Assembly (NCBI GenBank): GCA_017427065.1
Contig: JAFRTL010000009.1
Span: 120,265 to 184,264 of the forward strand
DNA from: Bacteroidaceae bacterium
GTDB taxonomy: Bacteria; Bacteroidota; Bacteroidia; Bacteroidales; Bacteroidaceae
DNA: 64,000 bases
Direction of reading: 5' to 3'
The translations under genes and the position numbers were made by a program. Of the stretch, positions 49,467 to 60,022 are shown one piece after another (within the stretch, counting starts at the first letter, position 1; every line of letters starts with the position of its first letter). The notes below the pieces were generated by a model. It ran no database searches, was not told the origin of the DNA, and saw nothing but the letters and a program-made list of their open reading frames with translations.

Positions 49467-51334
49467 GAAAGTCAATCGTTTTATTTGCACTCTGCGCCAG
49501 TCTGCTGCTCACTGCTTGTGGTTCAAGCGATGACGGCATTCAGCGTGTGCTGTCATACGGTTTCGTCGATCTGGAAGGGGCCAAGACCTCTGCCATCATC
49601 GTAGAATATGGCCAAGACCTCAAGGCTGATGCCTTTAGTGATAAAGATTTTGAGATCATAGACTATACCATCTGGCAGGAGCAGGAGAATGGCTTTGAGC
49701 GCACCATAGAGACAGATAAGGATGGCACGCTTGGGAACGAAGGGCAGATCACTTACGTGTATGTGAACAATGAGCCACAACCAGCAAACGACAGGGTCTC
49801 TAAGGATGGGCGATACGTCATCATTGAAGTGAATACAGACTACATTCTCACTGGCCAGAATCTGGCATATACCACTACCATGATGGCAGGTGTGCGACAG
49901 CTGCGAAGCATTGAGGGAAAGAGAGGCACCATTCCACCAACGGAAAAGATGCTGACTAACTATACCGTCGAGGAGCGTGAGGGATTTGGCGGAAGGATGC
50001 AGCAAGTAGTAAATACTGACAAAGCGAACATCCTGTTGCCAGAACTGAGCGAAGCCCATGGCTGGAACATCCACCGTATAGGCGACGGAGCTTTCCAAGC
50101 CACGCATTGCTATAGCGAATACACAGGCGAATATGTGGACTTTGAACTGCCCTACTCGATTTATGTGCCTTCAAAAGAAGTGTTGGAAGCCAATAAGGGT
50201 AAGATAGGTCTGACCATCCACATGGAGCATGCTGGGGCGAATGATACAGACCCTATGGCTGCTGTCACGTCTTCTCGCGCCGCTGTGAAACATGCCAGTC
50301 CATTGGTGCAGAAGGAGCATCCTACCATCGTTCTGGTGCCTCAGATAGAAGAGAGTCGCCGATCTACCAACGACTTAGTAGCTTCGAGCGAAGCCAATAC
50401 GGCTATCTGGGAGCTGGCGGACCATATCCTTGATACATACAAGGGCTACATCGACGAGAATCGCATCTATGGCACAGGCCAGTCGATGGGGGGCATGACC
50501 ATCTTGAATATGGCAGCTCAGCGTGATAATTTCTTCGCTGGCGTAGTGGCTACTGGTGCCCAATGGAGCAACAGCTACAACAAAACCTTCCAAAACGGTG
50601 GAGAGCGTACGCCAGACAATGACCCTATCAGCTTCAATGGTTGGGGACTGGATCGGGAGAACTATCAGAACTGGTACTATATGGTAAGTGATGACAACAT
50701 CTTGGTGCAGACCTGCAAAGGCGATGCTATGGCTACTGGGCTTTGGTTGGCATTAGCAGATTATTACGAGGCTGCAGGCGTGAAGATTCCTTACGATGAA
50801 TGGAGCCCCTTCGATGATCTTCAAGTGCAAAACCAACGAGGTGCAGCTGTGGTTAACCATGATAACAGCACTCCAGGAAGTGGTATCAGTTGGGTGGGAT
50901 TCACAGATGGCAGTCACATGTCCACATGGAAATACGGCTACCAACTGGACTACTGCTTCGACTGGCTCTATGCCCAGAATCGAAGCACGGAAATGCAACG
51001 TGAAAAGGTGAAACAACTGAGAAACGAATGGTTGGGAAGAGACAGTCGAGGCAAAATCAGAGCAGGATCTGGCACCAACCACCTGAACTCTGGACAATAC
51101 ACACCTGGCGGAGCAGATGCCATCTATGGAGAGGGCTGGACACCTGTAAGTGCCACTATCAAACTGATAGATGCCATTCCTGAAACGGAAATTGTGCAGA
51201 CAGAAGATCAGCGAGGCCCTAACCGTCGCCTTTCTCGTGAAGAACAAATAGAGCAGGCAAAGGCTGCCTACAATAAACTCTCTGAAAATGAAAAGGAACA
51301 AGTGACAAATGCTAAGAAAATTTTAGCAGAATGA
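49463..51334 (+). CDS. Lipoprotein alpha/beta hydrolase (COG4099-like esterase/peptidase)
   Basis: Lipobox LTAC, RIYGTGQSMGG and HMSTW; ATGA overlap with the preceding gene. Confidence 0.8.
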   Translation: MRKSIVLFALCASLLLTACGSSDDGIQRVLSYGFVDLEGAKTSAIIVEYGQDLKADAFSDKDFEIIDYTIWQEQENGFERTIETDKDGTLGNEGQITYVYVNNEPQPANDRVSKDGRYVIIEVNTDYILTGQNLAYTTTMMAGVRQLRSIEGKRGTIPPTEKMLTNYTVEEREGFGGRMQQVVNTDKANILLPELSEAHGWNIHRIGDGAFQATHCYSEYTGEYVDFELPYSIYVPSKEVLEANKGKIGLTIHMEHAGANDTDPMAAVTSSRAAVKHASPLVQKEHPTIVLVPQIEESRRSTNDLVASSEANTAIWELADHILDTYKGYIDENRIYGTGQSMGGMTILNMAAQRDNFFAGVVATGAQWSNSYNKTFQNGGERTPDNDPISFNGWGLDRENYQNWYYMVSDDNILVQTCKGDAMATGLWLALADYYEAAGVKIPYDEWSPFDDLQVQNQRGAAVVNHDNSTPGSGISWVGFTDGSHMSTWKYGYQLDYCFDWLYAQNRSTEMQREKVKQLRNEWLGRDSRGKIRAGSGTNHLNSGQYTPGGADAIYGEGWTPVSATIKLIDAIPETEIVQTEDQRGPNRRLSREEQIEQAKAAYNKLSENEKEQVTNAKKILAE

Positions 51335-51358
51335 TTTTGACGTAATAAATAATGTTTG

Positions 51359-51366
51359 TATCTTTG
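51359..51366 (+). promoter_or_regulatory. -7 promoter box (TATCTTTG) immediately 5' of the riboswitch
   Basis: TAnnTTTG a few nt before the aptamer start. Confidence 0.65.
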
Positions 51367-51370
51367 TCGC

Positions 51371-51554
51371 GCATAGGTTCGTGAAGGGTCTAATCTCTCC
51401 CCCGAACGATTAAAAGGGAATCAGGTGAAAGTCCTGAACAGTCCCGCTGCTGTAAGTTTCACAATGAGTCACACGCAACACCATCGCCACTGGAGGGCTG
51501 AACTACTCTGGGAAGGCAGCGTGAGACAGAAACGAGTCAGAAGACCTGCCATGC
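51371..51554 (+). promoter_or_regulatory. Cobalamin (B12) riboswitch
   Basis: aggtt..taaaagggaatcaggtgaaagtcctgaacagtcccgctgctgtaag..gccactgg..gggaaggc..gagtcagaagacctgcc (B12 box). Confidence 0.93.
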
Positions 51555-51704
51555 ATTGCTTTGTCATTGCTTTCGAGGAAAAAGCGTGGAGTCTTTAGAC
51601 AGTTCTGTACAGTAACTGTGCAGGTTTCGTCGAAAACTATCATCCCTCTTTCAGAGAAAGTAGAGAACTTAAAGCAAATAAACCTGCCAAGTTTATTTGA
51701 TTGG

Positions 51705-51735
51705 AACAGGGGTGATGTGAATCACTCCTGTTTTT
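51705..51735 (+). terminator. Intrinsic terminator overlapping the rmuC stop codon
   Basis: Hairpin aacaggggtgat-gtga-atcactcctgtt plus ttt; T-tract on the plus strand. Confidence 0.7.
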
Positions 51736-53098
51736 CTATGTCTTCTTCTGGAGGAGGAAGCGGACGCTTGGGGTTTTCCTTGGCACCCATATCTACCAGT
51801 TGGCGAGCAGGGGCCAAAAGGCTTTGACGACCAGTGTTGAGTTTCTTGCGACTCTCTTCATACTGACGCTGCAGAGAGGTGATGCCTTCGCCAAGTTTAT
51901 CAAAACGCTCCGAAAAGTCGCTTACACGATCCACAAGAGTATTGGCCAATTCATAAACGCGTTCCTGATTCTGATGCTGAAGTTCTTGAGTCCAAGCCAA
52001 TTGAATCATGCGCAATGCTGCAATGAGGTTTTGCTCACTGGTGATAAATACGCCTTTGTCAAATGCTTCGCGCCATAAATGCGTATCGTTCAATAATGCC
52101 AATTGGAGGGCAGACTCGTTGGGCACAAACATGATTACATAATCCAGCGACTGATGTCCGTTCTTAATATAACTGCTATAGTTCTTGCGGCTAAGTTCCT
52201 TGACGTGTTGATGCATACTGGAGAGATGGCGCCCCAATGCCTCTTTACGACGGTCTTCATTGTCAGCCTCCATATAATCCAGAAAAGCAGTAAGTGATAC
52301 TTTGGAATCGATCACCACATCCTTATTGTCAGGGTAATGCAGCACCACATCGGGAATCATCTTACTGCCCGTTTCTTCATGGAGCATTAAGTCGCCGCGA
52401 TCATCACGCAAGGCAGTCTGTACATCGTAGTGGACACCTTCTTTCAACCCTTGATTTTGTAAAAGTTCGCTGAGGATGGTTTCTCCCCAATTACCTTGCA
52501 CCTTACTCTCATTACGTAATGCATCGGCAAGATGGTCAGCTTTCTGACCGATATTTTGGGCACTGGCTAACATCTGTTTGATTTGTTCACCAAGGGCTGC
52601 TGTATTCTTGTTGTTTTGGTCGCGACTACTATCCATTGATGATTTCATCTCACGGATGGTTTCTTTCAAGGGATCTATGATTGCACCCATCTGTTGAGCA
52701 TTGGCTTCATGGAGATCGGCAGTACGTTGACGCAGCATCTCCTGTGTAGTGGTAGTAAGTTGCTCTTTTACTAATCGGAGTTGACGTTCGAGCTCCTCAT
52801 CACGACGGGTACTCTCCTGCTCCATCTGTTGGTGAAGCAATTCTAGTTCCTTACCTTGCGATTCTTTCAACGCACGCAGTTCACGGTTCTCCTGTTCCAC
52901 ACTTACGGCACGTTGCTTAAGCTCGTTAAACATTCCTTCTTTCTCCGCACGGTCTTCATCGCGACTTTGTACCACACCTTCAAGTTGTACGATGCGACTT
53001 TGCAAATCTCCTTGCTTGCGTTGACAGAGAAGATATGTGATGAGCACGGCAATAACTGCCACTGCTATGGCTATTAATATGACAATGTATGTTTCCAT
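51722..53098 (-). CDS. rmuC: DNA recombination protein RmuC
   Basis: N-terminal TM and coiled coil; motifs QGNWGETIL, PDVVLHYPD..VIDSKVSL and DYVIMFVPNE. Confidence 0.93.
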   Translation of the reverse strand: METYIVILIAIAVAVIAVLITYLLCQRKQGDLQSRIVQLEGVVQSRDEDRAEKEGMFNELKQRAVSVEQENRELRALKESQGKELELLHQQMEQESTRRDEELERQLRLVKEQLTTTTQEMLRQRTADLHEANAQQMGAIIDPLKETIREMKSSMDSSRDQNNKNTAALGEQIKQMLASAQNIGQKADHLADALRNESKVQGNWGETILSELLQNQGLKEGVHYDVQTALRDDRGDLMLHEETGSKMIPDVVLHYPDNKDVVIDSKVSLTAFLDYMEADNEDRRKEALGRHLSSMHQHVKELSRKNYSSYIKNGHQSLDYVIMFVPNESALQLALLNDTHLWREAFDKGVFITSEQNLIAALRMIQLAWTQELQHQNQERVYELANTLVDRVSDFSERFDKLGEGITSLQRQYEESRKKLNTGRQSLLAPARQLVDMGAKENPKRPLPPPEEDIEKQE

Positions 53099-53166
53099 AA
53101 TTATTTGCTTTTATGTGACAAAGATATAAAAGTTTTCGCTATCTTCGCATAAAAACTAACGATACT

Positions 53167-54522
53167 ATGAAAAGAAGAGATTTCATTAAACGCACGGCTA
53201 TTCTAGCGGCAGCAACAAGTGTAGGTAATATAGCCAAGGCTAAAGAGCAAGGTCAGATAGACGTTCAAAATCCACAGCAGTCTGAAAAGCTGATTATCTC
53301 GGCACCCATGCTCCAGAACTATGCAGAGGAGTCGATGGGTGTGGCTTTTGCGGTAAGTGCCCTTGCCAATGGGTATGTTCTCTATGGTGAGAAGCCTGAT
53401 CTAAGCGATGCCAAGAAAGTGAAGTGTGGTGGCTATCGCACAACGGATATCAGCGACCGTGTAATCCAAGTACGACTTACAGGATTGAAGCCAGCCACGA
53501 CTTATTATTATAAAATAGGTGCAGACAGTATCCATTATGGCGGTGGCTATGATATGAAAATTACAGGGAATGAAGAGGATAATCGTATTTATCACTTCAC
53601 CACAGCGGGAGCTAATAGTAAGGCGCATTTCTGTGTCATCAACGACACACATGTGCGCTGGGAACCTATCAGTCTGGCTATGGAGAAGATTGCAGAACTG
53701 GCTCCGCAATGTGTGATTTGGAATGGTGATGCCAGCAATACAGAAGAGACCATCGAAGCTCAGATGCGTATATTTCTGACTCCTGAAATAGAACGAAAAG
53801 ACTACGCAGCAGAGATTCCTTATATATTCTGTCCTGGCAATCATGATTCTCGCGGTATGGCCAACAGGCATTTGGAACGGGTATGGATGTATCGGCAACC
53901 GGAGGAGCGTCTTTCACGTGACTGGGATTTAGGACGCAACTTTGCTGTGCGTATGGGAGACGTTGCCATGATTGGATTGGATACTGCTGAGGATAAACTG
54001 GATACAAATCCACTCTTTGCCGATCTCTTTACCAGTGGTCCTTATCGCGAGGCACAAGTAGATTGGCTGCGTGATGCATTGGCACGACCGGAAATTGCCA
54101 GTGCTCCATTTTTAGTGGCATTCTGCCATATTCCGCTCTACGAATCAAATCCAAGGAGTAATCCAGGTGATGTAGCACCAGCTGACAAAGATCCGCAGTA
54201 TACCACCGACTATGCTGCATGGCAACGTACGTGTGCACGTTTGTGGTGTCCGCTCCTAGAGTTAGCTGGTTGTCAGCTTATCATTACGGCTCATCAACAC
54301 CAGTATCGTTATGATGCTCCTACTGCCGATAGACCTTGGGCACAGATTGTTGGTGGCGGACCAGAGATGGGATTCACTGGAAGTGGAGAGAATCGTCGCG
54401 AAAATCCAGCGAAGTTCCCCACTGTAATTGAAGGAGAAGTAAGCAATGGTAAGCTACAGATTGTTGTACACAATCTGCTTACAGGCAGGGTTCAAGGGCG
54501 CTACGAGTTCATGCCAAGGTAA
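53167..54522 (+). CDS. Tat-exported metallophosphoesterase (purple acid phosphatase-like, FN3 domain)
   Basis: MKRRDFIK twin-arginine signal, LTGLKPATTYYY, DTH, NGD, GNHD and AHQH. Confidence 0.85.
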   Translation: MKRRDFIKRTAILAAATSVGNIAKAKEQGQIDVQNPQQSEKLIISAPMLQNYAEESMGVAFAVSALANGYVLYGEKPDLSDAKKVKCGGYRTTDISDRVIQVRLTGLKPATTYYYKIGADSIHYGGGYDMKITGNEEDNRIYHFTTAGANSKAHFCVINDTHVRWEPISLAMEKIAELAPQCVIWNGDASNTEETIEAQMRIFLTPEIERKDYAAEIPYIFCPGNHDSRGMANRHLERVWMYRQPEERLSRDWDLGRNFAVRMGDVAMIGLDTAEDKLDTNPLFADLFTSGPYREAQVDWLRDALARPEIASAPFLVAFCHIPLYESNPRSNPGDVAPADKDPQYTTDYAAWQRTCARLWCPLLELAGCQLIITAHQHQYRYDAPTADRPWAQIVGGGPEMGFTGSGENRRENPAKFPTVIEGEVSNGKLQIVVHNLLTGRVQGRYEFMPR

Positions 54523-54601
54523 AAAAACATCTTTTAAGTAACAACGATGCAGTAAGTTCACTACCTTTGCATTATAAATTCAAATCATTAATTATAGAAC
54601 T

Positions 54602-55309
54602 ATGGAAAAGAAGAACAAAATCATTGAGGCCGTCATCTTAGCCATTGGCCTCATTCTCTTGGGTCTGTGCATCAAAGGGGGCATGGACAATTTTACCAAC
54701 AAGGATCGTCGCGTTACAGTGAAGGGATTGGCAGAAGTGGAAATGCCTGCCGATAAGGTGACTTGGCCTATCGTACTGAAGGAAGTGGGAAACGACCTCC
54801 CTACCCTTTACAACCGCATCAAGACCATCAACAACACCGTGAAGGAGTTCTTGACAAGCAGCGGCATCAGCGAGAGTGAAATCAGCATCAACGCCCCACA
54901 GGTGATAGACCTCACCGCTGAGCGTTACAGCAGCTACGACGTTCGCTATCGCTACAACATCACTACTGTGATTACGGTAACCTCTTCAAAGGTAGATCTG
55001 GTGCGTTCCATCATGGATCGTCAAGGCGAATTGCTGAAGGATGGCATTGCTATCGTAGATGGTGGTTATGACGCTCCTCGCACTTCCTATGAGTTCACTG
55101 CTTTCCAGGAGGCCAAGAGCACAATGATGGAAGAGGCCATCAAGAATGCCCAAGTAACTGCCAATCAGTTTGCAGAGAGCAGCAACAGCAAGTTAGGCCC
55201 TATCGTTAGTGCTACTCAGGGACAGTTCTCTATCGAAGATCGCGACATGAATACGCCTTATATCAAGAAGCTTCGTGTGGTGACGACGATCACGTACGCT
55301 CTTAATTAA
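54602..55309 (+). CDS. SIMPL (DUF541) domain protein
   Basis: RRVTVKGLAE, ATQGQFSIEDRD and KKLRVVTTITY. Confidence 0.85.
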   Translation: MEKKNKIIEAVILAIGLILLGLCIKGGMDNFTNKDRRVTVKGLAEVEMPADKVTWPIVLKEVGNDLPTLYNRIKTINNTVKEFLTSSGISESEISINAPQVIDLTAERYSSYDVRYRYNITTVITVTSSKVDLVRSIMDRQGELLKDGIAIVDGGYDAPRTSYEFTAFQEAKSTMMEEAIKNAQVTANQFAESSNSKLGPIVSATQGQFSIEDRDMNTPYIKKLRVVTTITYALN

Positions 55310-55423
55310 TTGAACATTGAGAATTGAGGATTGAGAATTATCCATGCGGATATTAAAAAAGGCTGCGCCAATCGAAAGATCGCGCAGCCTTTAATGTTCA
55401 ATGCTCAATGTTCAATGCTCAAT
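55310..55423. repeat. Inverted heptamer arrays around a GGCTGCGCC hairpin (probable bidirectional terminator)
   Basis: TGA at 55311, 55318, 55325, 55332; TCA at 55398, 55405, 55412, 55419; central aaggctgcgc..gcgcagcctt stem. Confidence 0.8.
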
Positions 55424-55427
55424 ATCT

Positions 55428-58400
55428 TTATGGCATCTGTGGCAATCCCAAGTCTGGGAAGGTTCTTGGAGCGGGAACTTTTGGAGGAGCCTGACGGGTC
55501 TTAAGCTGCTCTAATGCTACCTCGATTGCCTTATTAAGCTGCTGGTCCTCACCATTAAACTCCTTAATTGGGTCATTGTCGATCAAGATATCAGGATCTA
55601 CACCATGATTCTCCACTATCCACTGACCTGTCTTATAGTCGTAGTTGGTGAAGAATGGCACACGCACGTCTGTATTATCCAGGTAAGGCAATGAGCCACT
55701 GATACCTACGATACCACCCCAAGTACGAGTACCAATCACAGTTCCCAAATTATTAGCCTTGAAGCTCCATGGGAAGAGGTCACCGTCCGATGCACTATAC
55801 TTATTAATAAGAAGCACCTTCGGACCTACCTGCGTGCCATCTGGCACGGTTTCGGTGCGGGTAGAAGTACGGCTCATGGTCATGCGATAAGGCTGACGGA
55901 GCAAGCGCTCAATAATCATAGGAGATACATTACCACCACCATTGGCACGGTCGTCGATGATGAGGGCTTCCTTATCCAACTGTGGATAGTAGTAGCGGGC
56001 AAATTCATTCAGACCTTCAGCACTCATGTCTGGAATGTAAATATAGCCCACGCGTCCATTGGTGGCCTTCTCCACCTTACGGATGTTGTTCTGTACCCAC
56101 GCATAGTGTACCAGAGGATACTCGTTGGCAATAGGCTTGATCACCACCTTACGACCACCAGCAGCGGCATTGCTGTTCACAGTCAGTTCTGTGAGCACAT
56201 TGGCCTTGCCTACCAACAACTTATAGATATTGTCCACTGTATTGGTCGGGATACCATCAATAGCTGTAATGAACTCACCCTCCTTCACGCCAATACCAGG
56301 CTCTGTCAGTGGTGAACGCAAGCTCTCGCTGTATGGAGCGCCTTCCATGATCTTATCGATGCGATAGAAACCACTTCTGTCGCGACTGATCTCTGCACCG
56401 AGCAGACCCATGTCAATGCGCTCTGCTTCTGGCTTCTCACCAGTACTTACATAAGCATGACCACTGGCCAATTCACTGATAAGCTCACCAATCACATAGT
56501 TCAAATCTAAACGCGTCTTTACGTAAGGAAGCAATACAGCATATTTCTCCTTCAGGGCTTTCCAATCACGTCCGTGCATATTCTCTACGTAGTAGCCATC
56601 GCGGAATGCACGCCAAACCTCGTCGTAGATCTGAGGCCATTCCTCACTGAAGTCCACTGTTGCCACCAGATTGTCTGTATTCACAGCCTTATCCAGACTC
56701 ACGCGATCAGCAGGGAAGTTCACCACATAGACCTTTCCACGCTGATTCACCACGGCTTTCTTGGCACCTGCACGATATTGCACGCGACCACCCTGAAGCA
56801 CTTCTTTATCCTCCTGAGTAGCAAAGTCGAACACGCGGGTACCCTGTCCACTACTATAATAGAGTTTCTTGCCATCAGAGAAGAAACCACCTCCGTAACC
56901 ACTCATGCGGATAGGCAACTTGATGATGCGTCCGAAGATGCCATCTGGATCTATCTTCAGTGCAGCAGGAGCATCACTCTTGGCAGCATCGGCACCAGGA
57001 CGGGCTGCAGGCTTGTTATCAGCAGCGCCTACCACATCATCCTTTGGCAGCAATGGTGAAGGGGTGTCAGCAGCAAGTGTAGCCAGATAAACTGCTCCCA
57101 TGTTTGTATAGGCATAATCCCACTCCACACTGCTGTAGGTAGGATTAAGGTCACGATTTGAAGTGAATATGATGTACTTGCCATCCGTACTGAACGTAGG
57201 TGACGAAGAACTGTACCACTTCTCTGTCACAGGATATTCCTTGCCAGTTTCCAGATTATAGACATACACCACACTCATGTCATTGCTGGCAGGCTTGGTG
57301 TAGGTGATCCACTTGCTATCGGCAGAGAACTCTATGCCACGGAACTCCTGCTCTGGATTCTCCATCACCGTCTTCTTGCTCTTTGAAGCCACATCCACAG
57401 CTACCAAACGGTTCTTACGATCGGTATAGAACACCTTCTTGCTATCTGGTGTCCAGAACAAGCTGCGCACATAGGTATCGTTATTCTTAGTAAGTTGAAT
57501 CACATTGCTTCCATCAGCTGGCTGCAGATAGACTTCCGTCTCACCCGTCTTGTCGCTGATGTAGGCGATGTACTTGCCATCAGGACTCCACACGGCACCA
57601 CGCTCATTGGCTCCAGGAGTACGGGTAATATTCTTCACCACACCTTGGGTTGCTGGAACATCGAACACGTCACCACGTGCAGTGATGGCCAAGCGACTAC
57701 CATCGTCCGTTACGCTGATGCTGGAGATGCGATTGCTCACGTTGCGCTGCTCTGCACGTCCGTAAATATTGTCAGAAGCTAATGTGATGCTAATCTTGGT
57801 ACTCTGGCGGGTAGCAGGATCCAGTTTATAGAGATAACCTGCATTCTCATACACGATGAGCTTACCATTCGAACTTGGAAATTTTACATCGAAGTCGGTA
57901 TAGTTGGTCACTTTCGTTGTCTGCTTGGTCTTCGTGTTATAAGCGAATATATTCATGGTCATATCACGATCGGAGATGAAGAAAATCTCGTCGCCAATCC
58001 ACATAGGCATGATGTCCTGTGCGATATTATCCGTCACATTCACCACCGTCTTCTGCTGAGGATCGTAGATCCAGATATCATCGGCCATACCACCACGATA
58101 GTATTTCCAGGTGCGGAATTCACGCATAACACGATTGTATGCCATCTGCTTACCATCTGGTGAGAAGCTCACCCAACCACCTTCTGGCAGAGGGATTTGC
58201 TCAGACATACCGCCATCCTTTCCGATGGTCCACAATTGGCCTTCAAAACCATCACCGATACGGTTTCTATATACCACTTGCTTTCCGCCGTTGGTCCAAG
58301 CCATTACGATGTTGTTTGGTCCCATACGGTCGCCTAGGTCATCACGAGAGTTGGTTGAGGTGTAAGTCAGTCTTTTAGGTTCACCCCCATTGGCAGGCAT

Positions 58401-58673
58401 CAGATACACCTCCCTGTTTCCATCATACTCACCTGTGAAAGCAATGCTCTGCCCATCTGGAGAGAATTTCGCAAACATTTCATAACCCACATGTGAGGTT
58501 AGTCTCTTTGCTTCGCCACCATTGATAGAAACCGTGTAGAGGTCTCCTGCATAGGTGAACACCACCTGGTTGCCATTCGTGGCAGGAAAGCGTAATAGTC
58601 GCGCCTCGTCGGCACTCGCCATGGCGGCAGATCCTGCCAGCAGCATGGCTAGAAATAGTTTTCTGTTCATCAT
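55428..58673 (-). CDS. Tricorn-like S41 family protease
   Basis: PD40 beta-propeller repeats, ELASGHAY, PDZ, DDRANGGG, SASDGD and ENHGVDPD; signal peptide from MMNRK (58673). Confidence 0.93.
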   Translation of the reverse strand: MMNRKLFLAMLLAGSAAMASADEARLLRFPATNGNQVVFTYAGDLYTVSINGGEAKRLTSHVGYEMFAKFSPDGQSIAFTGEYDGNREVYLMPANGGEPKRLTYTSTNSRDDLGDRMGPNNIVMAWTNGGKQVVYRNRIGDGFEGQLWTIGKDGGMSEQIPLPEGGWVSFSPDGKQMAYNRVMREFRTWKYYRGGMADDIWIYDPQQKTVVNVTDNIAQDIMPMWIGDEIFFISDRDMTMNIFAYNTKTKQTTKVTNYTDFDVKFPSSNGKLIVYENAGYLYKLDPATRQSTKISITLASDNIYGRAEQRNVSNRISSISVTDDGSRLAITARGDVFDVPATQGVVKNITRTPGANERGAVWSPDGKYIAYISDKTGETEVYLQPADGSNVIQLTKNNDTYVRSLFWTPDSKKVFYTDRKNRLVAVDVASKSKKTVMENPEQEFRGIEFSADSKWITYTKPASNDMSVVYVYNLETGKEYPVTEKWYSSSSPTFSTDGKYIIFTSNRDLNPTYSSVEWDYAYTNMGAVYLATLAADTPSPLLPKDDVVGAADNKPAARPGADAAKSDAPAALKIDPDGIFGRIIKLPIRMSGYGGGFFSDGKKLYYSSGQGTRVFDFATQEDKEVLQGGRVQYRAGAKKAVVNQRGKVYVVNFPADRVSLDKAVNTDNLVATVDFSEEWPQIYDEVWRAFRDGYYVENMHGRDWKALKEKYAVLLPYVKTRLDLNYVIGELISELASGHAYVSTGEKPEAERIDMGLLGAEISRDRSGFYRIDKIMEGAPYSESLRSPLTEPGIGVKEGEFITAIDGIPTNTVDNIYKLLVGKANVLTELTVNSNAAAGGRKVVIKPIANEYPLVHYAWVQNNIRKVEKATNGRVGYIYIPDMSAEGLNEFARYYYPQLDKEALIIDDRANGGGNVSPMIIERLLRQPYRMTMSRTSTRTETVPDGTQVGPKVLLINKYSASDGDLFPWSFKANNLGTVIGTRTWGGIVGISGSLPYLDNTDVRVPFFTNYDYKTGQWIVENHGVDPDILIDNDPIKEFNGEDQQLNKAIEVALEQLKTRQAPPKVPAPRTFPDLGLPQMP

Positions 58674-58810
58674 ATCTGTAAAATTATGTATTTTTGATAG
58701 GCAAAAGTACATATATTTTCATTATTATAATATAAAAGTGGTATTAAAAGTTCCGAGAAGTTATTGGTAAATCTCTATCCCAAGAACTAACTGTATTTTG
58801 TGTTGAAGAA

Positions 58811-58842
58811 ATAGGGGCTGTGCTTCATTGCACAACCCCTAT
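58811..58842 (-). terminator. Terminator-like hairpin after the Fe-ADH gene
   Basis: ataggggctgtgc-ttcatt-gcacaacccctat. Confidence 0.65.
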
Positions 58843-58846
58843 GCTT

Positions 58847-60022
58847 TTATTTGTTGGCAGCTGTGTAAATGGCCAACACATCTTCATAAGCTAGTTTTTT
58901 GAAATTACCATTAGTGATGGTGCGTCCTCGAGAACATTTCTCCGCCATTGATAGCAGCTCTTCATTAGTTGCTTTACGCCCTATCAGTTCTGGAATGCTC
59001 GCAGGCATGCCAATGGTATGATAGAAGTCGCGCATACGGCGAATACCCTCCTTGGCTGCCATAACAGGATCCTTGATATTTACATCAAGTACATCTTTGG
59101 CAAAACGGGCAAAGCGAGCAGGTCCAGCATCAAGCACATAAGTCGCCCAATGACACCACAAAGCTGCAAGTCCTGCACCATGTGCCACGCCATAGAGAGC
59201 ACTGAGTTCATGCTCCATGTTGTGTGTACCCCAATCGCCAATGGTGCCGCAACCCGTCAAGTCATTGTGTGCCAGGCTTCCAGCCCACATGATCTGGCTA
59301 CGCAGGTAGTAGTCCTCGGGATGCGCCAACACCAGTGGACCATACTCATGCACGGCACGCAGCAGGGCAATGGCGATGGCATCGGTGATGCCCATTTCCT
59401 CCTGAGAGAAGTAGCGCTCCATGGTGTGCATCATGATATCGGTCACACCGCAAGCTGTCTGATAAGGTGGAAGTGTATAGGTGCGCACAGGATTCATGAT
59501 GGCAAACTTGCAGCGGCACAGGTTGTCGTCGTACGACCACTTCAGGTCGCCTTCGTCCTTGGTGATCACGCTGCCACCACTCATCTCACTACCAGCAGCA
59601 GGGATGGTCAGCACGGCAGCCAGTGGCAGACAGGCCTTTGCCTCAGCCTTTCCGGCATAGAAGTCCCACACATCGCCCTCGTAAGGCACACCCAGCGCCA
59701 TACACTTTGAAGAGTCAATGACGCTTCCTCCACCAACTGCTAAAATAAAGTCGATGCCTTCCTTGCGGCAGAGGTCAATGCCCTCCTTTGCCTTCGAAAG
59801 ACGGGGATTTGGCACCACACCACCCAACTTAAGGTGCTGAATACCAGCATCAGTCAGTCGCTGCTCTATCTCTTGCAGCAGACCAGAACGCTCGGCACTG
59901 CCGCCACCATAATGAATCAGCACCTTGGTTCCACCATAATACTTCACCAGCTGCGGAATCTGCTCCTCAGCATCTGCTCCGAACACCACTTGGGTGGGTG
60001 CATAGTAATTGAAACTTTTCAT
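58847..60022 (-). CDS. Iron-containing alcohol dehydrogenase (butanol dehydrogenase-like)
   Basis: Motifs GGGSAERSG, AVGGGSVIDSSK, TIPAAGSE and HNMEHELSALYGVAHGAGLA; start MKSFNY (60022). Confidence 0.92.
   Translation of the reverse strand: MKSFNYYAPTQVVFGADAEEQIPQLVKYYGGTKVLIHYGGGSAERSGLLQEIEQRLTDAGIQHLKLGGVVPNPRLSKAKEGIDLCRKEGIDFILAVGGGSVIDSSKCMALGVPYEGDVWDFYAGKAEAKACLPLAAVLTIPAAGSEMSGGSVITKDEGDLKWSYDDNLCRCKFAIMNPVRTYTLPPYQTACGVTDIMMHTMERYFSQEEMGITDAIAIALLRAVHEYGPLVLAHPEDYYLRSQIMWAGSLAHNDLTGCGTIGDWGTHNMEHELSALYGVAHGAGLAALWCHWATYVLDAGPARFARFAKDVLDVNIKDPVMAAKEGIRRMRDFYHTIGMPASIPELIGRKATNEELLSMAEKCSRGRTITNGNFKKLAYEDVLAIYTAANK

Noticed and set aside
51561..51827. 88-aa ORF after the riboswitch as the regulated gene
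   Set aside because: TTG start right at the aptamer end, runs through the terminator and antisense into rmuC; not excluded without Ribo-seq.
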